Below are positions 33,119-43,264 of a stretch of 64,000 nucleotides of DNA, piece by piece. The stretch comes from Kiloniellaceae bacterium (GTDB lineage Bacteria > Pseudomonadota > Alphaproteobacteria > Kiloniellales > J153), in contig JBHHZJ010000003.1 in the NCBI GenBank assembly GCA_046758005.1, forward strand, positions 4,469-68,468, read 5' to 3'. The stretch's first letter is position 1. Each line of letters begins with the position of its first letter. A model generated the notes under the pieces. It searched no databases and was not told the origin of the DNA. It saw nothing but the letters and a program-made list of their open reading frames with translations. Made by a program: the position numbers and the translations under genes.

Positions 33119-34480
33119 ATGCAGGACGACGACGGCCACCCGGATACCGGCTCGGAGGACTTGGAACGGACCGTCATCTTGCCGTCCCCGGGCGGGCGTC
33201 GCCGCGTCATCAACGAGACGGCCTCGGCGCCGCAGCCGCCGCCCGCCACGGCCGGGCGGCTCGATGCGACCGCGGTCATCGCCGAGGCTATCAGGCGCAA
33301 CATCCTCCTGCGCTGCGCGGCGACGGCGTTCGCCCTGGTGCGGCGCTTGCGGGGGCTCACCCAACACGACGACGTGCCGGGGCTGCGCGATCGCATGCTT
33401 CGAATGGTCAAGGACTTCGAGGCCAAGGCGCGAGAGCTGGGAGCGACTCCGGAGTCGGCCTACGCCGGGCGTTACGCCCTTTGCGCGCTGATCGACGAGA
33501 CGGTCCTGAGTACCCCTTGGGGCAGCGAGAGCATGTGGACCAAGCAGAGCCTGCTCGCCACGCTGCACAACGAAACCGGCGGCGGCGAGAAGTTCTTCCA
33601 GATCCTGTCGCGCATGTCCGAGGACCCGGGGCGCAACATCGACCTGCTGGAGCTGCTCTACATGTGCCTGTGCCTCGGGTTCCGGGGCAAGTACGGCATC
33701 ATGGAACGCGGCCTGGCGCAGCTCGAGGAGATCGAGCACGGGCTGTACCGGACGATCAGGAACCAGAGAGGCGAGGGCGAGAAGGAGCTTTCGCTCCACT
33801 GGCGCGGGGTCACGGATCGGGGGCCCGCGGTGGCCCGGTTCCTTCCGTTATGGGTGGTGCCGATCATGGTGTGCGCCGTGGCGGTGCTCCTGTACATGGG
33901 TTTGAGCTACAGCCTCAACCGGTCGTCCGACGGCGTCTTCGCCCGCCTGAACGAGCTCGGCCGGGAGGCCGTGCAGCGCCAGGCCGCGTCCGCCCGAACC
34001 TTGCCGCAGGCGCCGGTCGTGGCGCCGCCCGAGACCGCCGAGCCGGGGCCGGCGGAACGTATCCGCGGCCTGCTCGAGGACGAGGTCCGCCGCGGCCTGC
34101 TCGAGGTCGTCGATCAGGGCAACGCAACCATGATCCTGATCCACAATCGCGGGCTCTTCGCGTCCGGCAGCGCGCGGGTGTCGGACAATTACCGCCCGCT
34201 GCTCGGCAAGGTCGGCGCCGCCTTGGAGGACCAGCCGGCCCCGATTCTGGTCATCGGGCACACCGACAGCCAGCCGATCCGGACGCTGCAGTTTCCGTCC
34301 AACTGGCACCTGTCGTCGGCGCGGGCGAACGCGGTGGTGGCGGCGCTCGGCGAAGCGATGAGCGATCCGGACAAATTGATCGCCGAAGGGCGCGGCGCCA
34401 CGGAGCCGATCGCGTCGAACGAGACCGCCGCCGGGCGCGAGCAGAACCGGCGCATCGAGATCAAGGTATCCGGGCAATGA
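33119..34480 (+). CDS. tssL: Type VI secretion membrane protein TssL (DotU family) with C-terminal OmpA/MotB peptidoglycan-binding domain
   Basis: DotU-like core (YALCALIDETVLSTPWG...LLELLYMCLCLGFRGKY), a TM helix, then OmpA-like GHTDSQPI...NWHLSSARANAV...NRRIEI. Confidence 0.9.
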   Translation: MQDDDGHPDTGSEDLERTVILPSPGGRRRVINETASAPQPPPATAGRLDATAVIAEAIRRNILLRCAATAFALVRRLRGLTQHDDVPGLRDRMLRMVKDFEAKARELGATPESAYAGRYALCALIDETVLSTPWGSESMWTKQSLLATLHNETGGGEKFFQILSRMSEDPGRNIDLLELLYMCLCLGFRGKYGIMERGLAQLEEIEHGLYRTIRNQRGEGEKELSLHWRGVTDRGPAVARFLPLWVVPIMVCAVAVLLYMGLSYSLNRSSDGVFARLNELGREAVQRQAASARTLPQAPVVAPPETAEPGPAERIRGLLEDEVRRGLLEVVDQGNATMILIHNRGLFASGSARVSDNYRPLLGKVGAALEDQPAPILVIGHTDSQPIRTLQFPSNWHLSSARANAVVAALGEAMSDPDKLIAEGRGATEPIASNETAAGREQNRRIEIKVSGQ

Positions 34481-34520
34481 GCATGACCGGCGCCGCGGGC
34501 CGAACACGGCGGGGTGGCCG

Positions 34521-37500
34521 ATGATGGGCATGCTCGGCAAGGCGTTCGGCTGGCTCCTGAACCGGTGGGTATTTTCCGTCCTCGGGATCATCCTGCTCGC
34601 CCTGCTGGTCTGGTTCGTCGGGCCCCTGGTGGCGGTCGCCGGCTACCAGCCCCTGGTCGAGCCGGTGCCGCGCCTGGTCACGATCCTCGTGCTGGTCCTG
34701 TTATGGGGCATCCGCTACGTCTGGGTGGCGGCCCGCGCGAAGCAGACCAACGCGCAGGTCATCGAAGGTTTGACCGTCAGCCCGGGCGAATCGGATGCCG
34801 AGGCGGTCGATTCGCACGCCTCGGGCGAGGAGATCGCGATCCTGCGCGAGCGGTTCCGGGAAGCGCTCTCGGTCCTCAAGAAGGCCAAGCTGGGCGGCCG
34901 CCGCGGCCGGCGCCAGCTCTACCAGCTGCCGTGGTACCTTATGATCGGCCCGCCCGGCGCCGGAAAGACCACCGCGCTCAAGAACTCCGGGCTCAGGTTC
35001 CCCCTGATGGAGAAATTCGGCAACGACGCCATCCAGGGGGTCGGCGGCACCCGGAACTGCGACTGGTGGTTCACCGACGAGGCGGTGTTGCTCGACACCG
35101 CCGGGCGCTACACGACCCAGGACAGCGACCAGGCCGCCGACCGCGCGGCGTGGGCCGGCTTCCTTGACCTCTTGAAGAGACATCGCCGCCGGCGGCCGAT
35201 CGATGGCGTGCTCATCGCCTTCAGCGTCACCGAACTGGCGCAGCAGAACGCCGACGAACGCAGTCAGCACGCGCGCGCGGTGCGTCAACGCCTGCAGGAG
35301 CTCTACGAAACGCTGAAGCTCCAGGTGCCTGTCTACGTGATCTTCACCAAGTGCGACCTCGTGGCCGGCTTTATCGAGTACTTCGACGACCTCGACCGCG
35401 ACCAGCGGGGCCAGGTGTGGGGCTTCACCTTCCCGATCGAGACGTCGCAGCGACCGGGCGCGGTGGTCGAGGCCTTCGGACCCGAGTTCGACGCGCTGAT
35501 GGAGCGGCTCGACGGCCGGCTGTTCGCCCGCCTCGACAAGGAGCGGGACATCAACCGCCGCGGCGCGATTCAGGGCTACGTGCAACAAATGGCGTCGCTG
35601 AAGGAACCCTTGCAGGAGTTCCTCGCGGAGGTGTTCCAGGCCAGCCGGTTCGAAAACGCCAACCTGCTGCGCGGCGTGTATCTGTCGAGCGGGACCCAGG
35701 AAGGCACGCCGATCGACCGGGTGATCAGCTCCATCGCCGGAACCTTCGGCCTCGACCGGCAGGTCCTGCCCGCTTTCAGCGGCCCCGGGCGCAGCTATTT
35801 CCTGACCCGTCTGCTGCGCGACGTGGTGTTTCAGGAGGCCGACCTGGTCGGCCACACCGGTTGGTTCGACCGGTTCCGCGCGGGGTTCCAATGGGCCGCC
35901 TACACCGCGGCCGCGGCCGTGCTGGCGCTGCTCGGGCTCGCCTGGCTGACCAGCTACGCGCGCAATCAGGACTACATCGCGGATGTCGAGGAGAACGTCG
36001 CGGCGTACGAGCAGAGCGCCGGCAGTTTGTTCTCCGGTCGCGGCAGCGTGCTTGAGGTCCTGCCGCTGCTCAATGCCCTGCGCACGCTGCCCGGCGGATA
36101 CGAGGACCGGGACAAGTCGGTTCCCATAACGATGGGCTTCGGCCTCTACCAGGGCGACAAGCTCGGCGATGCCGCCCGGACCGCCTACCGGCGGTCGTTG
36201 ACCTACATGATGCTGCCGCGGATCATGGCGCGCATCGAGGGGCAGATCGAAGAGAACGTCGGCAATCCCGGCCTGCTTTACGAGGCGCTCAAGGTCTACC
36301 TGATGCTCGGGACCCCGCGCCATCTCGACCGGGATCTGGTCGAGGCCTGGATCGCCCTCGACTGGGATACGCGCCTGGCCGGGCCGGGCAACGCCAAGGT
36401 CCGGGACGATCTGCGCCGCCACCTGAGCGCCCTCTTGCAGGGTGAGCTGCGTCCGCCGCCGCTGGACGGCACGCTCGTGGCCCAGGCGCGCGCCGTTCTG
36501 CTGCGCCAGCCCCTGTCGGTGCGCGTCTATCGCCGGATCGAGCGCGACAGCCGCGGCGGCCAGCTGCGGGAGTGGCGCATCACCGACCGGCTCGGCGAGG
36601 CCGCGACGCGGTACTTCCGGCGCAAGAGCGGCAAGCCTCTGTCGGAGGGAATCCCGGGGCTGTTCACCTATGCCGGGTTCCGGGACCACTTCCTGGCCAA
36701 GGGCCAGAGCCTGATCCGGGAGGCCGCCGGCGAGACCTGGGTGCTGGGGCCAGAGTACGAGGGCGGCCTCGACGCCGACCAGCTGCAAGGCCTCATCCGC
36801 GAGGTCACCGAGCTCTACCTGGCGGATTACATCCGCCGCTGGGAGGCGTTCCTCGCCGACATGGACATCGTCGCGTTCCGCGATTTCGACCACGCGGTGG
36901 AAGTGGTCAACGCCCTGTCCGCCATCGACTCGCCGATCAAGACCTTCCTGCGCGCCGTGAGCGAGCAGACCCGCCTGGCGAACGCGCCGGTCGAGGTCGC
37001 CGGCGGCGCTCGGACCTCGAGCCGGCTGCGGCAGGTGAAGGAACGGCTGTCGAAGCTGCTCGATCTGGCGCCCGAGGCCAAGGCGATGACTCCGAACCTG
37101 GATCCTTTCCTCGCCGTGGACCGTCGGTTCCAGAGGATTCATGCGCTGGCCGGGACCAACGATCAGGCGCCGGCGCCGATCGACCAAGTCCTCAGCCTGC
37201 TGAAGGACCTGTACCTCCACCTCGCCTCGATCAGCGGCGCCGACCGCCGCGGCGATGCGGCGCGCGCCGCCGCGGCCGGGGACTCGAGCGTGGTCCAGCG
37301 GGTCAAACTCGAGGCCGACCGGCTGCCCGACCCGGTCGGCCGCTGGCTGCGGCGCATGGCGCGCGCCAGCTCGCAGATCACGGTCGGGGTGGTGCGGGCG
37401 CGCCTGGACGCCATCTGGTCCACGGAGGTCGCGCCGTATTGCCAGCGGGCGCTGGATAACCGTTACCCCCTGTCCAGGAGCAGCCCGCAGGACGCCAACC

Positions 37501-38102
37501 TGAACGACTTCGCGCGCTATTTCGGCCCCCAGGGACTGGTCGACCAGTTCTTCAAGACCTACTTGGCGCCCTTCGTCGATACGTCGGTGCGGCCGTGGCG
37601 CACGCTGAGCAGCGGCGGCGCCCGGGTCGGGATCTCGGACGGGGCGCTGCGCCAGTTCGAAGCCGCGGCGCGGATCCGGGAGGCGTACTTCACCGGCGCC
37701 GGCGCGACGCCGACCGTCAGCTTCGAGATCAAGCCGGTGAGCCTGCACAAGTCGGCCAGCCAGGTGCTGCTCGAGGTCGGCGAGCAGAAGCTCGCCTATC
37801 GGCACGGGCCGCCCCGGCTGGAGCGGATGCAGTGGCCTGCGCCGAGCGGATCGAGCCGGGCCCGGGTCGTCTTTACCGCGCTGGGCGGGGGCCGGACGGC
37901 CACCGTATCCGCCGACGGGCCCTGGGCCTGGTTCCGGTTGCTCGACCAGGGGCGGATCGAGCCGACCGCCATGGCCGACCGCTTCAAGGTCGCCTTCGAG
38001 GCCCAGGGCCTGACCGCGACGTTCGAGCTGCGCGCCGGCAGCGTGGCCAACCCCTTCCGTCTGGACGCGATCCAAGGATTTCGATGCCTGGAGAGGCTGT
38101 AG
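34521..38102 (+). CDS. tssM: Type VI secretion membrane protein TssM (IcmF family)
   Basis: N-terminal TM helices, Walker A GPPGAGKTT, WWFTDEAVLLDTAGRY, 1193 aa. Confidence 0.95.
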   Translation: MMGMLGKAFGWLLNRWVFSVLGIILLALLVWFVGPLVAVAGYQPLVEPVPRLVTILVLVLLWGIRYVWVAARAKQTNAQVIEGLTVSPGESDAEAVDSHASGEEIAILRERFREALSVLKKAKLGGRRGRRQLYQLPWYLMIGPPGAGKTTALKNSGLRFPLMEKFGNDAIQGVGGTRNCDWWFTDEAVLLDTAGRYTTQDSDQAADRAAWAGFLDLLKRHRRRRPIDGVLIAFSVTELAQQNADERSQHARAVRQRLQELYETLKLQVPVYVIFTKCDLVAGFIEYFDDLDRDQRGQVWGFTFPIETSQRPGAVVEAFGPEFDALMERLDGRLFARLDKERDINRRGAIQGYVQQMASLKEPLQEFLAEVFQASRFENANLLRGVYLSSGTQEGTPIDRVISSIAGTFGLDRQVLPAFSGPGRSYFLTRLLRDVVFQEADLVGHTGWFDRFRAGFQWAAYTAAAAVLALLGLAWLTSYARNQDYIADVEENVAAYEQSAGSLFSGRGSVLEVLPLLNALRTLPGGYEDRDKSVPITMGFGLYQGDKLGDAARTAYRRSLTYMMLPRIMARIEGQIEENVGNPGLLYEALKVYLMLGTPRHLDRDLVEAWIALDWDTRLAGPGNAKVRDDLRRHLSALLQGELRPPPLDGTLVAQARAVLLRQPLSVRVYRRIERDSRGGQLREWRITDRLGEAATRYFRRKSGKPLSEGIPGLFTYAGFRDHFLAKGQSLIREAAGETWVLGPEYEGGLDADQLQGLIREVTELYLADYIRRWEAFLADMDIVAFRDFDHAVEVVNALSAIDSPIKTFLRAVSEQTRLANAPVEVAGGARTSSRLRQVKERLSKLLDLAPEAKAMTPNLDPFLAVDRRFQRIHALAGTNDQAPAPIDQVLSLLKDLYLHLASISGADRRGDAARAAAAGDSSVVQRVKLEADRLPDPVGRWLRRMARASSQITVGVVRARLDAIWSTEVAPYCQRALDNRYPLSRSSPQDANLNDFARYFGPQGLVDQFFKTYLAPFVDTSVRPWRTLSSGGARVGISDGALRQFEAAARIREAYFTGAGATPTVSFEIKPVSLHKSASQVLLEVGEQKLAYRHGPPRLERMQWPAPSGSSRARVVFTALGGGRTATVSADGPWAWFRLLDQGRIEPTAMADRFKVAFEAQGLTATFELRAGSVANPFRLDAIQGFRCLERL

Positions 38103-38830
38103 CGAGCGAGCCGGCGGTTCCGATCCTCGGCTATTACGGCAAGGTGCCGACGCACGGCGACTTCATCCGCCGACGCCTGCCGCGGTCGTTCCTCGACCCG
38201 TGGGATCGGTGGTTGCAGCGCGCGATGGCCAGCAGCCGGGAGCGGTTGGCCGAGGCTTGGCTGGACCGCTATCTGACCGCGCCCATCTGGCGCTTCGCCC
38301 TTTCCCCGGAGGTGTGCGGCGATCGGTTGGCCGCGGGCGTACTCATGCCGAGCGTCGATTCGGTGGGCCGCTACTATCCGATGTCGATCGCGGTGGTACA
38401 GCCGCTCCCCGGCAATCTCTTCGCGCTTGCCGCGCGGGGTCAGGACTGGTTCGCACGCGCCGAGGAAACGGCGTTGTACTGCCTGGAAAACGGCTTTCTG
38501 CCGGCGGCGTTCGAGGAGCGGCTGGACGCGCTCGGCGCGCCGCCGGGGGGGCTTTGTGCGCCGGCGGCGCCGGCGGCCTCCCCGGCGCTCGATTCGGCGC
38601 GCGGGCTCGGCTGGAGGATCGAGGTCAACGCCCTCAGCCACCTGTCCACCGAGGTGTATCCCGGCCTGCTGGACGAGGTCCTCGGGGCCAGGTTCGCCCC
38701 CTACAGCCTTTGGTGGACCGCGGGCTCCAGCGAAATCTCGCCGCGACTCCTGGTTTACGGGGGCCTGCCGCCGGCAGACGACTTCTCTTGGTTCCTGGCT
38801 GGCGACGGCGCCGATGACGACTCGGAGTAG
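38084..38830 (+). CDS. tagF: Type VI secretion-associated protein TagF (DUF2094)
   Basis: ILGYYGKVPTHGDFIRRRLP...WLDRYLTAPIWRFAL...SVDSVGRYYPMSIAV. The ATG at 38084 overlaps the tssM end by 19 nt. Confidence 0.85.
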   Translation: MPGEAVASEPAVPILGYYGKVPTHGDFIRRRLPRSFLDPWDRWLQRAMASSRERLAEAWLDRYLTAPIWRFALSPEVCGDRLAAGVLMPSVDSVGRYYPMSIAVVQPLPGNLFALAARGQDWFARAEETALYCLENGFLPAAFEERLDALGAPPGGLCAPAAPAASPALDSARGLGWRIEVNALSHLSTEVYPGLLDEVLGARFAPYSLWWTAGSSEISPRLLVYGGLPPADDFSWFLAGDGADDDSE

Positions 38831-38897
38831 GCCGCGAGGGGTTGCTATGATCTGTCCGGTATCGCGGATGCGGACCAAGAAGCGAACGGGTTGAGGC

Positions 38898-40541
38898 GTG
38901 GCGCGAATAGCTGAACACATCCCCGAGCTCGGCCTGAGGCCGGTGAGCGCGGAGGCGCCCGCCGGGGCCTCGGCGCGCTACGAGCCCGAGTTCGAGCGGC
39001 TCGAGGGCGAGATCGCGAAGCTGGAGGCCGTGAACGGCCAGCCGGTCGATTGGCGGGTCGTGGTCGATCAGGGGGTCGCGATCCTGCAGGGCAAGTCCAA
39101 GGACTTTCTGGTCGCCAGCTTCCTCAGTCGCGGGCTGTTCGAGCTGTACGGCTACGAAGGTCTGCAGGCCGGCTTGAAGATCATGCGGGATATGACCGGC
39201 CAGTACTGGGACACCCTCTTTCCCGAGCTCAAGCGGCCCCGCGCGCGCGCCGCCGCCGCGACCTGGATGGCCGAGAAATTGGCGCTCGCCGTGCCGCGCA
39301 GTCCTGCGACGCCCGCGGACAAGGAGCCGATCGGGGCCAGCCTCGGCCTCCTGGACGAGCTCGAGAAGGTGCTGGACGAGCGCCTGGCGGACAGGTCGCC
39401 GAGTTTCGCCGACCTGCGACGGGCCCTGCGCGGCCACAACGAGGCGTTGGCCCAGATGGCCCCCGCCCCGGGACCGGACGCCGCCGCGCCGCCGAGCGCG
39501 GCGCAGCCCGGCCCCGCCGCCGCGCCGGCGCCGCAGGCTGCGGCGGCGGAAGCATCGGCAGCCGCCGCGCCCGCCCCGGCGGCGGTCGCGCCCGGCGAGA
39601 TCGCCTCCGACCAGGACATGCGGAAGGCCGTCCGCGCCTGCAAGGACCTCGTGCGCAAGGTCGCGCACTACAGGCGCGGCAAGGACCCTGCGGACGCGAC
39701 GGCGTATCGATTATTGCGTCAAGGCGTGTGGATGGACATCGAGCGGGCGCCGCCGAACCGGGACGGGGTCACCGAGATCCGCGCGATGGCGGCGGAACGT
39801 CTCAATCTGTTCAAGGACCTGGAACAGGCCGGCCAGCACGTTGAACTGATCCACGAGGTCGAGACGAGCTTCGCCCGGGCGCCCTTCTGGCTGGACGCGC
39901 ATCGCCTGAGCGTCTCGGCGCTCGAGGCCCTGGGCCACGCCGAGGCGCGAAAGGCCGTGATCGAGAGCCTGGGCGGTTTCCTGCGCCGCCTGCCCGGGCT
40001 ACTCGACCTGCGCTTCGCCGATGAGTCGCCGTTTGCCGACGACGTAACCGGCCTGTGGGTGCAAAACGAAGTGCTGTCCGGTACCGGCGATGAGCCGGCG
40101 GCGGCGGCCGCGGCCCCGGCCGCCGTTGACGCGGCCGGCGCGGCGCCCTGGCTGGACGCCGCCAAGGAGGCCCGACGGGTCGCCTCGAAGGGAAAGATCG
40201 AGAAGGCGCTTGAACTGTTCCAAGACGGCCGCAAACGGGCGGAATCGGGGCGTGAGCGCTTCATGTGGACGTTCCAGCAGGCGCGCTTTTGCCAAAGCGT
40301 CGGGCGCTTGGACCTGGCGGTGCCGCAGCTGGAATATCTGGACGAGGAGGGCGAGCGTTTCCGGCTCGAGGAATGGGAACCGGGTCTCAGCCTCGAAATT
40401 GCGCGATCCTTATTGATATGTTACACGAATCAATCATCTAGGGACAAATCCGCGCCCGAGCGGACGGCCCGCCTCCAGCGGTTGCAGGCGCGGATCATCC
40501 GTCTGGACATTCTCTCGGCAATCGACATGACCAAGAAATAA
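38898..40541 (+). CDS. tssA: Type VI secretion protein TssA (ImpA N-terminal domain family)
   Basis: ImpA_N-like SARYEPEFERLEGEIAKLE...DWRVVVDQGVAILQGKSKDFLVASFL. Ala/Pro linker, then a C-terminal helical domain. Confidence 0.85.
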   Translation: MARIAEHIPELGLRPVSAEAPAGASARYEPEFERLEGEIAKLEAVNGQPVDWRVVVDQGVAILQGKSKDFLVASFLSRGLFELYGYEGLQAGLKIMRDMTGQYWDTLFPELKRPRARAAAATWMAEKLALAVPRSPATPADKEPIGASLGLLDELEKVLDERLADRSPSFADLRRALRGHNEALAQMAPAPGPDAAAPPSAAQPGPAAAPAPQAAAAEASAAAAPAPAAVAPGEIASDQDMRKAVRACKDLVRKVAHYRRGKDPADATAYRLLRQGVWMDIERAPPNRDGVTEIRAMAAERLNLFKDLEQAGQHVELIHEVETSFARAPFWLDAHRLSVSALEALGHAEARKAVIESLGGFLRRLPGLLDLRFADESPFADDVTGLWVQNEVLSGTGDEPAAAAAAPAAVDAAGAAPWLDAAKEARRVASKGKIEKALELFQDGRKRAESGRERFMWTFQQARFCQSVGRLDLAVPQLEYLDEEGERFRLEEWEPGLSLEIARSLLICYTNQSSRDKSAPERTARLQRLQARIIRLDILSAIDMTKK

Positions 40542-40608
40542 AGAGACTTCGCCACGCGCAGGTTATTTGATATAGTATTCGGTCAACAAGTGGGGTGAAA
40601 ACGAAGCC

Positions 40609-41106
40609 ATGGCTAAAGAAGGATCAGTGGCTCCAAAAGAGCGAATTAATATTGTCTATAAACCTGCAACGGGCGACGCAAAAGAGGAAGTCGAACTGCC
40701 GCTCAAGTTGATGCTGATAGGCGACTACACGTTGGGCGAGGACGGACGTCCGCTCGACGAGCGCAAGCCCGTCAACATCGACAAGGACAACTTCGAAGAG
40801 GTGATGCGCCAGCACGACCTTTCGCTCGACGTCAACGTGGCGAACCGGCTTTCGGGCGAGGAAAACGAGGAGCTGGCGGTCAGCCTGAAGTTCAGCGGCC
40901 TCAAGGACTTTGCCCCGGAGTCGATCGTGCGCCAGGTGCCGGAGCTGAACAGGTTGCTCGAATTGCGCGAGGCGCTGACGGCGCTCAAGGGCCCGCTCGG
41001 CAACATACCGGCGTTCAGGAAGATGATCGAGGCCGCCCTGGCCGAACAGGGGACCCGGGAGCGGCTTCTGAAGGAATTGGGTGTCGAGGGAGAAGGCGAA
41101 TCGTAA
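40609..41106 (+). CDS. tssB: Type VI secretion sheath small subunit TssB (VipA)
   Basis: MAKEGSVAPKERINIVYKPATGDAKEEVELPLKLMLIGDYT. Confidence 0.95.
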   Translation: MAKEGSVAPKERINIVYKPATGDAKEEVELPLKLMLIGDYTLGEDGRPLDERKPVNIDKDNFEEVMRQHDLSLDVNVANRLSGEENEELAVSLKFSGLKDFAPESIVRQVPELNRLLELREALTALKGPLGNIPAFRKMIEAALAEQGTRERLLKELGVEGEGES

Positions 41107-41224
41107 CGGCGGCGCCCGGCTATCCGTGCGGTGGGGGCCCGCCGACGGTCAGTCGACACGTTGAGGTGCAAACGTCGCGCCCCGCAAGCGGGCTGGCGAC
41201 GCGGAATCGATGAGGAAGTGTGGT

Positions 41225-42712
41225 ATGGCCGACCCTGACAAGTCCATGCAGCCCGAAGGCGCGGTCCTCGAGGAAGCCGAGAGTTCCCTGCTCGATCAGA
41301 TCATGCACGAGACCAAGCTGAAGCCTTCCGACGAAGGCTACGGCGTGGCCAAGAAGGGCGTCGAGACCTTCATCGCCGAGATGCTGGCCCCCAAGCGGGG
41401 CGAGCGGAAGATCGACAAGAGCCTCGTCGACGGCATGATCGCCGAGATCGACAAGAAGCTGAGCGTCCAGGTCGACGAGATCCTGCACGACCGCAAGTTC
41501 CAGCAACTGGAGTCGGCGTGGCGCGGCTTGAAGTACGTGGTCGACAAGACGAACTTCCGGGAAAACATCAAACTGGAGATCCTCAACGTTTCCAAGGAGG
41601 ACTTGCTCGAGGACTTCGAGGATTCCCCCGAGGTCGTGAAATCCGGTCTGTACCAACACGTCTATACCTCCGAATACGGACAGTTCGGCGGCCAGCCCGT
41701 CGCCGCGATCGTCGGCAACTACGATTTCGGGCCCGGCGCGCAGGACGTCAAGCTGATGCAGTACGTGGGCAGCGTCGCGGCCATGTCCCACGCCCCGTTC
41801 ATCGCCGCCGCGGGGCCCCAGTTCTTCGGCCTGGACGATTTCCAGGGGCTCCCCAACCTGAAGGACCTCAAGTCGATCTTCGAGGGGCCGCAGTACGCCA
41901 AGTGGAAGTCGTTCCGGGAATCGGAGGACGCGCGCTACGTCGCCCTGACCATGCCGCGGTTCCTCCTGCGGCTGCCCTACGGCGAGGACTCCAACCCGGT
42001 CAAGGCGTTCAACTACGAGGAGAACGTCAAGAACAATCACGCGGACTACCTGTGGGGCAACACATCCTTCACCTTCGCCGCGCGCCTGACGGACAGTTTC
42101 GCGAAGTACCGCTGGTGCCCCAACATCATCGGCCCGCAAAGCGGCGGCGCGGTCGAGGACCTGCCGCTCCACCACTTCGAGTCGATGGGCGACATCGAGA
42201 CCAAGATCCCCACCGAGGTCATGATCTCCGACCGCCGCGAGTTCGAGTTGGCCGAGGAAGGCTTCATCGGCCTGACCATGCGCAAGGGCAGCGACAACGC
42301 GGCCTTCTTCTCCGCCAACTCGGTGCAGAAACCGAAATACTTCGGGACCAGCAAGGAAGGAAAGGAGGCCGAGACCAACTACAAGCTCGGCACCCAGCTG
42401 CCGTACATGTTCATCATCAATCGCCTGGCCCATTACGTAAAGGTGCTGCAGCGCGAGCAGATCGGCAGCTGGAAGGAGCGGGGCGATCTGGAGCGCGAGC
42501 TGAACACGTGGATCCGGCAGTACGTCGCCGACCAGGAGAACCCGTCCGCCGAGGTTCGCAGCCGACGGCCCCTGCGTGCGGCTGAAATCAAGGTGTCGGA
42601 TGTGGAGGGCGATCCCGGCTGGTACCGCGTGTCCATGTCGGTTCGCCCCCACTTCAAATACATGGGCGCCAGCTTCACCTTGTCGCTGGTGGGCAAGCTC
42701 GACAAGTCGTGA
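41225..42712 (+). CDS. tssC: Type VI secretion sheath large subunit TssC (VipB)
   Basis: FQQLESAWRGLKYVV, PFIAAAGPQFFG, LTMPRFLLRLPYG, WCPNIIGPQSGG. Start at the ATG at 41225. Confidence 0.95.
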   Translation: MADPDKSMQPEGAVLEEAESSLLDQIMHETKLKPSDEGYGVAKKGVETFIAEMLAPKRGERKIDKSLVDGMIAEIDKKLSVQVDEILHDRKFQQLESAWRGLKYVVDKTNFRENIKLEILNVSKEDLLEDFEDSPEVVKSGLYQHVYTSEYGQFGGQPVAAIVGNYDFGPGAQDVKLMQYVGSVAAMSHAPFIAAAGPQFFGLDDFQGLPNLKDLKSIFEGPQYAKWKSFRESEDARYVALTMPRFLLRLPYGEDSNPVKAFNYEENVKNNHADYLWGNTSFTFAARLTDSFAKYRWCPNIIGPQSGGAVEDLPLHHFESMGDIETKIPTEVMISDRREFELAEEGFIGLTMRKGSDNAAFFSANSVQKPKYFGTSKEGKEAETNYKLGTQLPYMFIINRLAHYVKVLQREQIGSWKERGDLERELNTWIRQYVADQENPSAEVRSRRPLRAAEIKVSDVEGDPGWYRVSMSVRPHFKYMGASFTLSLVGKLDKS

Positions 42713-42845
42713 GCCGCGGGGCGGCCGTCGTTCGCCGTCCCGGCGCCGGCGCTCCGCGCCGCATCCGCTGTGCCGCATGCCCGGGCGCGCGGTCTTCGGC
42801 CCGGCGCGCCGAGTGCATCGGCGGTTAGAGGAGATCGCACCTTTC

Positions 42846-43259
42846 ATGACCTTCGAGCGGTCCCTGTTGGAGCGGATCGGCGACCCCGACGAGGACGGGC
42901 GCCGTCTGCACGTCGACCCGGCCCGGCTGGCCGAGTCGGTGGCGCGGCACCTCACGCGGATGCTCAACGTGCGCCAGGGCAGCGTGATCACCCTGCCCGA
43001 TTACGGCATGCCCGATTTCAACGACCTCTTCGTCCGGTTTCCGGACGGGCTCAACGCGATCCGGCGCGCGATCAAGGACTCGGTCGAGAAATACGAGCCC
43101 CGGCTGCGCCGCGTGGCGGTCCAGTACGTCCTCGACGAGGAGGATCCCTTGAATCTCAGGTTCAAGATCACGGCCCGTCTGGTGATTGGCGACCGTGCGG
43201 AGCCGGTGGCGTTCGAGACCTTGATCGGCGATTCCGGGCGGGTGCAGGTGCGGAGCTGA
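42846..43259 (+). CDS. tssE: Type VI secretion baseplate protein TssE (gp25/GPW family)
   Basis: SLLERI...HLTRMLNVRQGSVITLPDYGMPDFNDL...IKDSVEKYEPRL. Confidence 0.9.
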   Translation: MTFERSLLERIGDPDEDGRRLHVDPARLAESVARHLTRMLNVRQGSVITLPDYGMPDFNDLFVRFPDGLNAIRRAIKDSVEKYEPRLRRVAVQYVLDEEDPLNLRFKITARLVIGDRAEPVAFETLIGDSGRVQVRS

Positions 43260-43264
43260 GGGCC

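Noticed and set aside
34701-38075. 1124-aa minus-strand ORF opposite tssM
   Set aside because: Antisense shadow of tssM. It has a low-complexity Arg/Gly/Ala/Pro composition, no RBS and no motif.
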